The position numbers and the translations under genes were made by a program. Under the pieces are notes generated by a model, which was not told where the DNA came from, searched no databases, and saw only the letters and a list, made by a program, of their open reading frames with translations. From Harriotta raleighana (lineage: Eukaryota), in the NCBI GenBank assembly GCA_050575255.1, contig JBNZDD010013686.1, positions 3,902,801 through 3,966,800 on the forward strand: a DNA stretch of 64,000 nt, written 5' to 3'. Of the stretch, positions 24,936 through 37,800 are shown piece by piece. Each line of letters starts with the position of its first letter. The stretch's first letter is position 1.

Positions 24936-25225
24936 GGAGATCTATAGCTCAGTGGTCGTAGCACTCGCCTTGCAAGTGAGAGACTTGGGTTCGATTCCAG
25001 GCAAGTTTCCTTACTCCACATGCCTAATAATAATAATCCCTTGAAAAAAAAACAAATGGGTCATTTCAATCCACGACTGTTTGTGGGACACTGCTGTGCA
25101 CAATTGGCTGCCACGTTTCGCCCACAAATGCACAGTCAATTTACTTTACAGTGTATTCCGTGAGTCACTTTGAGATGACTAGAAGACATGAAAAGCGCTG
25201 TATCAAATCCAAGGATTATTATTAT
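24936..25225 (+). mobile_element. Full-length tRNA(Ala)-derived Deu SINE (SINE2-type of chimaera)
   Basis: A box TAGCTCAGTGG, anticodon-like loop CTTGCAA, B box GGTTCGATTCC, Deu core ctgtttgtgggacactgctgtgcacaattggctgcc, L2-like tail ending (ATT)n. Confidence 0.92.
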
Positions 25226-27231
25226 AAAGGAGGCAGGTAAAGCTGTTTTGTGCCCTCCATCAGGGCACATATTCTATTTGATTGTTAGTTGCTCTGACTT
25301 GTTGCCTTTCTAACTGTTCCCCCCTGCCCACCCAACAGCCACCTTAGCCCACTATGACCAAACTTCTTCGTGCCACTGTCTAGCTGGTACCCGCACAACA
25401 TCATGTGAAAATTTGCAGTCATGGCATCTCTTCCTATACCTTGCGCACGTGCCAACCAGCCTCTTGTGTATCTAACAAAACTTGGCAAACAATTTCTTCA
25501 CAACCTACAGTAACTTGGTCCACGCTGTCATTTAGATAAGCATTTACAATGACCGTATGTAATCCATATTGTTTGAATCGAATTGACTGACAGCGAAATG
25601 TTATTGCTGAATTTTATTTTGCTGCCTGGCTCCAAAGAAAAAAATTCGAATTCAAATCTCTTGTGGCAGAGTTAGCATAGCTTTTTCTGTACTTGGAGAA
25701 TCTCTCTCTCTTCTCCGCCCCCCCCCTGTTGAACTTGGTCTGTGTTCAGTCATGGAACTGGCAGAGTATGATCTCATTTAGAAAGCATTGTGCTGTTTTA
25801 ACTTCTGGAAACATTTCAGTATAAATATTGTTATTGAGAAAGAACACGGGGCTCACATATTGCAATACTATCAGTGGTTTTACATCTTCTTTTCATCAGA
25901 CCCAGAAACAATCGGAATGTGATTAAATGTTTGAACAGGCAGCACAGGGTTTAAAATGGTTTAAGCTGTGTGGTCAACCCTCCCACCTCCCTAACCCTAT
26001 CATTTTATTTGTGACGGATTAAAAGTTTCATTAATGTGTGCCGTTTGAACATGTTATGCAACAAACAAATGGTTTGTGCATTAGGAATATTATACATCAT
26101 CATTACTCCTCGACCATCTCAACAAGTGTTGCCAGCATCACTGCCGAGTCGCTGGCAGAGAATTTGTGAGGTTTGCAAACGCGATTTGGAAATGGTGAAT
26201 GCTGCAAAGTTCTCACTTGTGTCAGGACCCATCCTCTGGAGCTCTGTTCGTATGCCAATTTCCCGTCCCGACTTTCATAAACCCAGATAGCGGCCAAACA
26301 AGGCTCCTAGCTCCAGCAGGAAATTGGCTTCAATCCTGAATAGAGTTGTGGCGGACTGTAATTCAGTGCCTCTGGTGACGTACGGGATTCACTGTTTGCA
26401 AATACCTTGGTGCCTTTTGAAAATTAGACCCCCAAATCACTGCGATTGTTACCTGAGTGGTCTACCTGTGAACGAGTTGCAAAATTCACAATTGGCAGAA
26501 GGAAAGGATTATTGTACAGTAATTGCATTAATCAATAGACTAGGATACTTCAGAACTGCATAATCCCTCTTTTGTAAGTAGTGATGTGCTTACTATCTGA
26601 TGGCTGCTGCTAATAATGGGGCATAGTTCTTGTCTAGGTTCTGCCTCTGAGTGGTTTATTTTGGATGTATATTTTTTCCCTAAAAAAACTCTTCAAATCC
26701 TATAAAAGAGAGGAAAAAAATCCATTTCATTTTCATATATTTTATAAAGATTAAGCTGGGGTCTCTAATAAGGATAAGTATTGATCCAAACCTGACGTCG
26801 GACTTCCAGGCATTCAACAGAGCTAGGCAACATTAAAAGGTTTTCTCTCTTCATCTGCATTGGGTTTGTGTTAAATATATATATATAAATAGCTATATAA
26901 AATACTTTTTCGAAAAACATACCAAGGGTCACAGCAGCATCTGAAAGTGGCACAGACTTTTGAAAGAAAGAGACACTTTTCTGTTGCTCTCAGCAATTTT
27001 GTTCGTATTGCTTCTGGGGTATATGGGGACTTAACCTGCTCAAAGAAAAATACTGTCTGGGAATGATTTGCGAAGGAATATGTTAGATGTGATTGACATC
27101 CAGTTAAATACCATACAGTACAGAGAGGAGATGGATTTGCAGTGAAAATTCATTTTCAATCACTGGCCATCTTGTTTAGATTTACTTTGCCAACCCTTAA
27201 AGCACTCTCCCATTTACGCTGAGCAACAACA

Positions 27232-27600
27232 GATTGACCTGATAATAGGGACGCTCTGAATGAAATGCAGACTGATCTGATAATGGGAACGCCCTTGAAG
27301 GATTGTATTGAGCCGACAGTGAGGAGACACTGAGCATGCAGAAAGAATTGCCTGATAATAGGCATATGCCTGCAAAGCTGCAGAATGATCTGATAGTAGG
27401 AATTACATTGTCTGATAATGGGGACGTATTGAGGAATGGTCTCAAAATAGGGACACATTTAGTAGGAGATAGACGGATCAATAACAGGGACACACTGAGC
27501 AGCAAACAGTCTGACCTGATGAAAGGGACACACTAGTAAGAAAAAGACTGTTCTGATGATAGGGACATATCGAGGAGCCAGTTGAACTGATCTGACAATC
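27232..27600. repeat. Degenerate minisatellite, about 37-38-bp period, 10-11 units, core CTGATAATAGGGACAC
   Basis: Core variants near 27239, 27277, 27314, 27352, 27390, 27412, 27443, 27479, 27516, 27553 and 27592. Confidence 0.85.
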
Positions 27601-28695
27601 AGCTTGCCCTGTGCAGAACCTGTCACAGTTCTAGCTCTTAATACTGTGGGAACCTTAGGGTACTGTGTCATTTTTGGTTTATCTATATACCTTTTATTGT
27701 TGCCTTCAGTACTCGAGGACTGTCAAGCTATAGGGGCCTTGTGGTGGTTGGTGGCAGGGGGTGGAGGGTGGTGGCCTGATCCCGTGGCTCAGATACATTT
27801 CAGTGTTCATTTTGAAATATATTCTTGCGCGTTTTCAAAAAGATGATTAAATGCAATCTAATCGAACACAAGATCCGCACAAGGCTTCTTCAACACAATG
27901 CAGCAAAACTGAATTGCCAGTTGTGTTTTTCCATCAAATTTGGGCTTTGGGTAAAAAAGGAAAATGTGTTTCTGCAGGCTGTTTCTGAACTGCTGGCCCT
28001 TTGGTCTACTGTGGGCAGGAGTCTTATCACCAATGGAGTGGGTTGTTATTTCCTATAACAAGGATCTCCGATCAGTGATTTCCTTTCAGCTTGATCTCTT
28101 AAGTCTTTCCAACGTGAAGGGCACTTATACCAGCGTAATGTGTTGCTGTTGTTAAGTTGGATAGGTTGAATAGGCAAAATGGCCTTTTTTTCCCGTTCTG
28201 AATTTATACACCATTGAGTTTTTCTGTAAGAAAGAACTTTTACATTTTTTTTTGATGCTTTGATCACCTGTCAATCCTGATAATAACCAGCACATCCACA
28301 CCATTGAGTTCTAACCGAGTTGTAACACCAGTTGGTTTGCAGGCCTGATTTTCCCGCTGATGTTGTGTATAAGCTGCTGTTGTTCTGAAGCTTGTGTGGG
28401 CACTTTATTCGGTCTTTTTCTTTGAAGTGCCAGCACTTACTGGGGCTGCACAGTGTAGTGCTGCTGGAATGCTTGGCTGTGGGCCAGTCGGTGCCTGTAC
28501 TCTCTCACACAGTCTGCCGAGCTCAGCCACTTCACTAGCATCGAGTGGAGGTCAGACTCTTCTTCACATGGAGGGAAGAAGGATAAAGTGGCAGCCCTTC
28601 TCTGACTCACACACTCTTTAACAGGGAAACATTCAGTAACTATTACTCATAGTGTAAAATATGCGGCTGTAGTTCAGATAGTTTTAAAAGCCGAC

Positions 28696-28790
28696 CAACA
28701 ACGACAAAATTACACTCGTATGGCGCCTTTCACGACAGGGCAATGTTCCAAGGTGCTGGACAGACATTGTTTCAGACCCAGGCTGGGATA
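28696..28790 (-). mobile_element. L2 3' terminal fragment
   Basis: caacaacgacaaaattacac..ggcgcctttcacg..ccaaggtgctggacagacattgtttcagacc matches the end of the L2 at 51190. Confidence 0.8.
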
Positions 28791-30374
28791 GCCGCATGTT
28801 GTCAATGTCAATTAACTGGAACCGGTTACCAAGAAATGTGGCTAAAATTGAGACAATGGCTTATTGAAGTATCCTGTTGTTGTTACCGACTCCCCATCCA
28901 CCCATTCCATCCATTGCTGATGAATTGGATATTTAGCACTGAATGATTTATAATCTGTTTATTAAAAGTTGGGCAGGTGGTCAAAGAAAATCACTTTTTT
29001 TTGTAATCGTCAACCTCAATGAATACATATTTTTAGAAACATAGGGTGAATAAAAGTTCATTTAAACCCAATGAACTGAATTGTACTCATGTTTTAAGCA
29101 CTAGGACCTTGAGGGAAGTCCTCTATTGCCTTCCTGGCAAGTTCATGTAAAGCGTCTGTATGTCTTGGCAATTGCTGAACACCAGAGAATAAATGTGTCT
29201 CTGTTACACTCCAATCAGAGCAAATATACATATTCTATATATATATAATGTATATATGTGTGTGTGTCTAATGAATCTGTGTAATTCAGAAGTGTAAATC
29301 AAAGTGTAATGGATAATTGGTAATGATAAATGATTATTTTCTCCACCCACAAATAACCGTGGAATGACAAATATAATCCTTTTTAAAAAAAAAGAAATTA
29401 TGACATTTTTGACCGGGGGTAAGTAAACATTGCCGTAGATTGAGAGGCCAAGTACTGCCAGCCCTCTGGTTACAACACTGTACATCAAGACTGTCACCCT
29501 AGAAGCCCGAGCTTGAATTGAGGTTTCCATTGACATTTGCACACAGGCTAACCCTGTCAGTGTTGTTGGATCATCTGAGGGGGGGAGAGAGAGTGAGAGA
29601 GAAAACTGCAGGCAGCTTGCTTCCTGTCTTCAGGAGGTGGGAGAATGAGGAGTTGTGGGTTAATCTCTAATTGTATCCAATTCTTCAACTATCCAGTCTA
29701 TGAAGACAGAGGGAGAGTGCTTTAACTTGGAAATATGTGAGGTATCAAAATACGGACGCTCTGTAATTACCCATTCTGAAATCCACCCAAGTCTAAATTT
29801 TACAAATGGCGTTAAAAACAAACCTAACATTGAAGATTTGTTTGGTCTAGGAAGATTGTTCATTCATTTGATCATTTATTTATATTTCCCCTGCAAATGA
29901 AATTGATTCTGGTTCAAGTACCTTAGCCTCGAGTGAGTGAGTCCATTGCACCCTGCATTCACTCTACAGAAACAGTAAATCGCACAGCAATTCGCCACCC
30001 CATCTCCATTTTAAAATCAAGATTCCAAAACCTCTTATTTTATGTTGCGACGAGTCTTATCAGCAGAATTGTAAAATGATTCAAAATGAATAATAACAAA
30101 AAAATGGTCCAGTCCTTTAAAAGAGAATGAGATTGCCCAGAACAAAACAGCGATGAAAGAGTTTAACTGATACAGTCCAAGGTGATTGCATATCTGATCC
30201 AACCACACTTCCACATACAATGCATTCAGTTGCAGACAGATTGTAGGTGTTCAGAACAAGTCAGCGTAGGTTTTGGCCTTCAAAAAATTACACAATCACT
30301 AGACTTTACAGTGAATCAAATGAAACCCTTTGAAATGCCCTTCACAAAGCCATTAAGTGAATGATCAACTTTAT

Positions 30375-30598
30375 TTGGGGGATTGTTGGCAAGCACATAG
30401 GGAGAAATGCCAATTTATTTTCGATTAGTGCCAAGGGATCCTTCATTTCTACCTGAACAGGCAGACTTCAGTCACATCTCACCCGAAGAACAGCACCTCC
30501 AAAAATGCAGCATATCCCCAGCATACAAGTTCAAAGTCCCGGAGCTTGATCCATCAGCCTTCTGACTCAGAAGCGAGAGTGCTACCAAATGAACCAGA
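30375..30598 (-). mobile_element. SacSINE1-like Deu SINE, 5' two-thirds
   Basis: ccttctgactcagaagcgagagtgctacca head (reverse complement); tagtgccaagggatcctt and cagcacctcc blocks. Confidence 0.78.
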
Positions 30599-30827
30599 TG
30601 ACACAAGAATCCATGATTCTGTCTGACCTGAATTGTTGCACCGCAGAGGGATTGATAAGGAATCCAAGTCATGCAACTGGGGAATCCTCCTGGTCACTGA
30701 ATGTGGGTCACGGTGAGGCACAAGACTTTGTCGTGTGTCCTGAACAGAGTTCCTGCAGATCAGTAGGAATTCTGTGGAAACCTGTTAAGAAACACTGCAA
30801 TTTAGGACTGTGGTGTGTATGTGTAAA

Positions 30828-30853
30828 GTGTGTGTGTGTGTGTGTGTGCGTGT
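30828..30853. repeat. (TG)n microsatellite
   Basis: Directly visible. Confidence 0.95.
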
Positions 30854-33296
30854 AAAAAATTAACCACTAAACCCAGTTATTTACAGCACAAAATACTGTT
30901 TGGCTCAAGGGCATTTATAGAAGTGTACAGTTGTGCACACCTGTTAAACTGTGTGTTACAGGTGTCATGTTTCGGTCTTATTTCCAAGTCCTGCTCTGAA
31001 TTGGACACACTTAATTGATTGGTAGCAGGCGTATTTGCATATGTTTTGCCGTGTATCTGTATGAAACCTCAGCCTTTGTGAAGCTACTGTTTCTGTGCAC
31101 TTCCTGCTAGCTTCAAGTGTGGACGCTTGAACGATATGGTAATGGATGAAAGGAGTACTATGCCAGTGTTAATAAGTCACTTAATAACATTAAACTGCAA
31201 TGTAATGTAGTTGAAAGCTAAAAGAGAAATATTCATGGCAAATGCAAAGCTGTCCTTAACTATGTTAAAATGTACTTGGGTGAAGCAACAGAATATTTTT
31301 AGGCATTATCCATAAATTTTTTAAAAGATACAGTTTGAAGCTTTTTCCCCTGAAATCTATATTAATTGTATCCTGGTGAATTAAATCAAAAGGCACATAA
31401 AATAATTCTTATCTGTTTTAAAATGAAAACTAATTTCATTTTAATATGGTAACTATGTCCTTTAGACTGCTTAAATGTATAGTGAGTGCATAATTATATA
31501 GTGAGTGCATAGATGTACAGTGAGTGGTTTGCTATGGACTGTTCTTCAATGATTCTCAGCAATCTTCTTGTTGGTATATTTAGTGCTGGTTATATTTAGA
31601 CACGTTTTGAAACCAGCTTTCTCTCTTTTGCTATAATTTGGTTAGGACGACAATAATGTGCAACAGCACAAGCAAACATGATCTGTCAAGAATTACTCAA
31701 GGCCGATTTAGAAAATTGTGCATTTACACAGCCTAAAGGGCGTTGTTATCATCAGCATTCAAGTTCATTTGGATGTGTTTTTTTTATTGCAGAATAGGCC
31801 AGAGTTTTTTTGTGGACCTTCAGGAACAAAAAAAAACAAACAATAAAAATCCAAACGATCATTTTGCAAATTCCAGAGATTTGTCCTGTTTTAATTGAGA
31901 AAAATGACCTTGGCTGCACTCTCTGTATGGTGGAAAATCTAGCTACTGTAATATTTTTTGGTGGGTTTGTGAAACAATACTGAAAAGATTGGTGATACTG
32001 TAAATCATTTTATGTTGTTGGAGGAATAAGTGCAGCAGAAGTTGAGAACCAATTTGTTACTGCACGATTTCATCCTGTTAGATGCCATTCCTCTCAGCCT
32101 TGACCCAGGGGTAACATGATCTGGCTAACAAAGACTCTCACCTCCCCTGGAATTCCCACAAGCATGGCCCCCCCACTCAAGGGAGTGAGACCTTTAGCCT
32201 CAACCCCACACTCAATAAAATACAAACTAGAAACGGACAGCCGGTCAACCGCCGGCTGAAAGAGAAAGTCGGGTCAAAGTGATGAGTTTGACTCTTTCCC
32301 AGATATGAAATCGAGGAACAAAAAATAGCTATTCCTATACTAATAATAAACCTTAGATGTTGCCTAGTCACACGGATGAGGTGGCTCCAAGCACTTCACA
32401 CAATGCTTGTGTAATTTCCAAGTGACTGTGAATTTTTATCAGCAAAGAACATAACTCCCTTTCCGGAATCGTGGTTGGTGTGCTTGTTCTGTGTTCTGTC
32501 AAAATTGGTTCCACAAGTGCCAGCTCTGAGCTATAGATCCAGGTGACGTGTTTATCCATCTCTGAGGAATGTGGAAACTGCAGCGTTGCCCAATTTAACC
32601 AGATCCTCCCCCCAGTTAATGAGTCAATTGGCATATGCACAACAGGTTTGGCAAAGACATCCCCAAAACAGAAACCAACGTCAAAAGGCGGGATTAGAGC
32701 AGGGTGTTGAACTGCACAGTGTTTGCGAGTGTTTTGTGACTGCTGCCCCCAGCAGCACTGATTAAAAAAAACACAGCTAGACAGATATTTACAGTGGAGA
32801 AGGAGACCGACTGTTCAGCCCATTGCATCTGTTTCATACTCGTGTCAATGTCAATGGGTAGAACTAAAACAAAATCCATCAGGCAATGAGAATGACACTT
32901 CTTGAACATCGCTCTGCATTCAGTCTTGACGTCCAGCGTGAAAAATATATTAATGTCCAATAAATACAATTACGTTTTCTATTTGCTTCAGACGTACTGC
33001 AAATTAAAGTTTTCATTCAGTCGGTCACTGAGTGTAACTACTTTATTTTCCTCGTGTAATCCTCTCCATTATGCCTGGATGATCATATTTAGACATTTTG
33101 ACGAACCCACATAAATGCAGGCTTTGATAAAGTCAGTCTTCTAAAGGAGGCCATGAGTTGCATGGCAATTAGCCTCATTTACTACCTCTGTTATGCCTCT
33201 GATGCTTCCTCACTTATTAGTGATGTGGCCTGTGCCCACTACTGGTTAATACTAAAATCTGTTTGGTACAATAGTCAAGATAGGAAAGCGGCTTGT

Positions 33297-33402
33297 AATA
33301 ATAATAAGAATCCTTGCATTTAATATAGCGCCTTACCGTGTCTTTGCAGCATCTCAAAGCTCATCACAGAATACTATCAAGTGAATTGACTGTATATTTT
33401 AT
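33297..33402 (-). mobile_element. Deu-SINE 3' tail fragment
   Basis: (AAT)n-aatccttgcatttaatatagcgcctta...gtgaattgactgtatattt. Confidence 0.8.
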
Positions 33403-34494
33403 TTTGGCTTGTAGTGAAACTTAATTGCAATTAGAAGTTAAAGTTGCTTGACATATGGAGTGAATTGATGGGAGAACTGTTCTTGTTTGAAATGCAGGAA
33501 TGGATTTCTTTGGGATGATCAGTCTGTCCACTCCATTGGCAGTCCATCCTGTAAAATAATAATTGGGGGGAAAAAAGGGCAGCGATCGATGTTTATAAAA
33601 TGACACATAAGTGCCAGGGAGAACAATCTGCAGCTAGAATTAAGATGATAAGTCTTTGTAATGGGGGTGGGCGAAAAGAAACCACATTATTGAACTGTTA
33701 TGAGAAACACAAAGGCCGTTGTCAGCTTTGACTAATGCCTATTTATTAAACACCATTCAAGAACACAAGCCTCTCTCTTTGACACCCAGTTTATCAGTCT
33801 TTTCATTCAGGAAGGCCCTTAAAACTATATATACATATAAATAATATATATTGCTACAAATTTCCTTTCTTTAAGCACATGAACAGAATAAATGGAAGAA
33901 AGGCAAACTGCCAAGGTTCCTGTAGGGACTATCCCTGAAGTGTCCCTGGTCTCCCCTTACATTGGTATCTCTTTGGGTCTGTGTCTGACGGGAGTTGAAG
34001 GTGGATCACATCCTTGGGAAGAGATGCATTACCTAAAGCAGCTCGCGGGCACAGATTCTAGAACACATTGAAATAACCACTTTTAGGTCAAGGCCTTGCA
34101 AACGTCAAGGGGCTAATCAAATGTCTGGTACAGAGCGATCATTTTCAAGACAGTTCCCATCTCTATTATACACAGTAATAAAAAAAATCATTGCTATTAT
34201 TTTTGGATCTGCAAATAAATGAACTGGAGTGACGTAAGCATTTTTAAATAGGCTACCGAGGGAAATTATTGGCTCAGTATAATGACGAAAATATTTGCTG
34301 GAGCTTACGATGTGTTGCAATTGAAAATAAATATCTAACAATTAGTTATGTGTGCTTAGAATCAGATCATGTAGAACAAAAAAAAAAGGAGAAATTACAT
34401 TTTGAATAGGATTGTACTGTGTGAGAATTTCCAAGCTTATATTTCTACCACACACAGTTAATTGCACAGTAAGTCTATTATTGAAAGAAAGAAA

Positions 34495-34808
34495 GAAAAT
34501 GCCTATAATGCTTCATGTCAAAAATATGACTAAATACTTCATAGGTAAGCACTCCGATATGTGGTCAATATATAAATGCAGGTTGTTGTAAGTAATTACT
34601 CTCAATTTAGTCAGTGTTTTTTATAAGCAAGATCCAACGAACAGCCTTAATGTGAATGGTGTTTCTTCCAAAATATGGCTCCTCCAACAACACAATGCAT
34701 CCATCCCCAGTCTTGCCTAAATTATTGGAGCTCTGGACTCTGCATGGGGCTTGAACCACCAATCCTTTGACCCAAAGGCAAAAGTGTTACCAACTGAGCC
34801 AAGTTGAC
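34495..34808 (-). mobile_element. SacSINE1-like Deu SINE, internally deleted
   Basis: ggggcttgaaccaccaatcctttgacccaaaggc..gtgttaccaactgagccaag head (reverse complement); caagatcc..gaacagc core. Confidence 0.65.
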
Positions 34809-37800
34809 GCAATCCAACTGTGGTGCTGCTACATGAAAGCATTCCTCTCCCACCACAGTTGCGACCCTCTGCTGGAAATCCTTGACTTTGGGAACATTAT
34901 CAAAAGAAGTCTTATTGCCTTGTTAAATCACTTCAGTGTAATTTTACAAGGTTTACAAGTGGACTTGTGAGGTGATCTTTTAACGTTCTGATATTATCAT
35001 TTATTGCAACTGCGTTTTTTGGGGGGAGAAGAGAAAAGATTAGGAGAACAACTTGCAGAGAATCAAACAAGGAAAGTCCAGATACAGCTCAAGTAGACCA
35101 GTTCCATAAACGCTTTGCAGCACAGTAATGCTTCTCCTTTAAAACAAATTGATTTCCTACATCCCCAGACTAAAATAAATCTTTACCTTCACTTCCCAAA
35201 ACTCTAGGCTGCAACCCTCTATGTAAAATCCTGCGCCTCTTCCAATGGGTATGTGATGGATATATAACTCCTTACATCAGAATTGGAGTCCTTATCTCAG
35301 TTTTGCTGCATGTCTCATGCCCTGGTAATTAATCTGGTGATGTGATATTACTGTATCCCCCACACCAACACCTAAACAGCTGGATTCCAAGGTGGAAGGT
35401 CTAGAGTGTAATGCAGAGGCTGCATACCTGACCTGTACTCAAAATATACTGCACAGGCCACAGCAGATGAAAGTGGAAACCCACAAACCTTGAGACAGAA
35501 ATTAAATCAACAGCCGCTAATGGAGTCTTTCGGGAGCAGAAGGTTAGTTTATTTGTAAGTGTCTATAAAAAGCTCAAGCGCAGTGTTAGACTTTTGTGAT
35601 CACCGGTTCTCTGTTACGATTAGTTTGGTGAATTCCTTTAAAATCGCTTTCTGTTGATGTATTATTAATGCACACAGCGTGAACACAAGTGACTTTTTCT
35701 TCATAAGTTGCCAAATCGCAAGCTCTGCGTTGAATGACGTAACTGGGTTATTCTGCCAATCGTTCCCAGGTAATTGGGGGCTGAATGACCAGCTTTGTGA
35801 CTACAGCCAACTACGTCGGTATTTGATTCTAATTTCCTGAACTGTAATTTCAAGATATGCACAATATGCTGCAATACAGTTATGTACACCGTAAAATCCA
35901 GAAGTGGCAGTTTTTACTATCAGTAGCAGTGCTGTGCCTCATGGTCAGTAAGCTTTATATTTTGCTGACTGGCCAAATAAAGCACGTAATGCATACGAAA
36001 GTGACGGTACATCAAATACAAAGTTGTATATCACTTTCCAATATGGGGTTTGGTATGTTAATATCCATTGCTGAAATAAAATCGTGGTAATTTACTGCAG
36101 AGTAGGAATTTGGGCTTCACATGAAATCTGGCTTAATCTCTTCCTTTCCTCTGTACTTTTGTTATGCAAGAATATTTACTGTTTAAAACTGTTGCAAAAC
36201 AAACTTCATAGGCCGTACATACACAAAATAGTCAGTACATAATGGAAGAAAGATTGTAACAAAGCTTTATTTACTTTCCTCACTATTTGCAAATACTAAA
36301 TGTTGGTTCAAAGAATTGTGATGTACAACATTTTAGTGCCGTAAAGTGGACTGCAAATCTATTTGTTTCATACTGTGAAAACACAGGCCTGACAGACTTC
36401 TGCTACTCTGTACCCTACCACTCAAGCAATTCCACCCGCCAACCTATATATGTTACCAGGTAAATAGGGAAATGTGCAAGTTACCACAATAAAGTTCAGG
36501 AACTTGAAATGTGAGAAGCACAGGGTAAATGTACCTAGTTTTGGTGCGACTTTTAAACTGAGGTGTCTGAATAAGGTGGGCATTAAAGATCCCGGATTCA
36601 TAGAATAGGGAGGTTTTTGGTATCCTGATTAATATTCCTTCCTCATCCCCTCTGGTCTTTCCCCCTACCCTCAACTACCCCCCCGCCCACTCGGCTCCAA
36701 CTCAGATAAATTATCTTTTAATCTCATTGCTTTTGCTGGATTTTACTGACACAGGATGACTGTTGCTGTTAACTACACAGTAAGAGTCACTCACTACATT
36801 CAGACAGGATGAAGTGCTTTAAGAGATGGAGGTGACTTTCCAAAATCAGTCTGTACACAGTTGTTTGGGATTTCTTTGGCAGTTATCTGTTAACCGTTAC
36901 ATCCAGCAAGTTTATTAAGGATAAAAACACACCCAAAGCTGGCATAGTCTCTCCGCACTTCAAGATCCAAGAAATCATGACAAATCCCTTGATTGCATTG
37001 CACCCTGTAAGTGTTTATTATTCTATACGCTCTTGCAAACAGATGAAGGAAAATTGTGTTGGGTTGTAACAGTTTACTCTTAATCCTTATCATCGGTGTA
37101 ACATTCTCTGTCCTAAATCTGCTCAGTCTGTTTCCATGGAAACCATGCAATAGCTGCCACCCTCAAGCAAGCAGGAAGTTTACAGGATTTCAAAGCGTTC
37201 TCTATGATGGAGTGTTTACAAAGTCTCTGTGTTGTCAGTCTGTCTAAAGCTGGGAGTAATTATCTTCTTCCCTTTTACATTCCCTGGGCACCAAACAACT
37301 GATAACCTTGAGGGCCAATATAGCTCTGGTCATGGGTACAAGGAAAACTTGCCTAAAACTATATTTACTCAGAGTCTCTTCATTTCAATTTCATACGAAT
37401 TACGACTTGCTTTTTAAATGAACTGCAGCATGATGTGATGTGCCTCAGTTTGGATGGAAGCCAAGGGGGGAAATCTCATCGGGATTTTTTTTTTGCAAAT
37501 GGTGGTTCAGCTCCAGACTCAAATAATTCAGCATTGAATTAAACCAGTGTGAGATGAAGCATTCCTGAATGATCTGCAAAACAGCAAGCATCCAGACATC
37601 CTGGCCAAATGTAGTGCCGTTACAATATCTCCAGGTAACCCTATATGTTTCACCTCCCATTGGGAAATAGTAACTTGGGATGAGTGAATTGGCTGAGGAT
37701 CAGAGGTTACGTCAAGTCCACATCAAATTGCTGAAAATGTATTTGACCCAACATTGAACCAGGCCTCTCCTGCACCTTTCTCAGCCTTGAACTAGCACCG

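Noticed and set aside
24936-25005. tRNA-Ala(TGC) gene (also at 702, 48107 and 60968)
   Set aside because: The tRNA-like head runs directly into the Deu core and L2-type tail with no proper acceptor stem, so these are SINE heads.
27232-27600. CRISPR-like repeat-spacer array
   Set aside because: The repeats are degenerate and non-palindromic, the linkers are homologous to each other, there are no cas genes, and the context is a vertebrate intron.
29364-29424. ATG-initiated mini exon with strong donor GGG|GTAAGT
   Set aside because: Phase 1, so out of frame with the phase-0 downstream exon, and it runs through a poly-A tract.
31476-31526. Three copies of a ~19-bp unit (tatagtgagtgcata)
   Set aside because: An ordinary short slippage duplication with no further structure.
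32238-32300. Two adjacent hairpins with a box C-like GTGATGA (snoRNA?)
   Set aside because: No box D CTGA at a suitable distance and no terminal stem; short hairpins are expected by chance.
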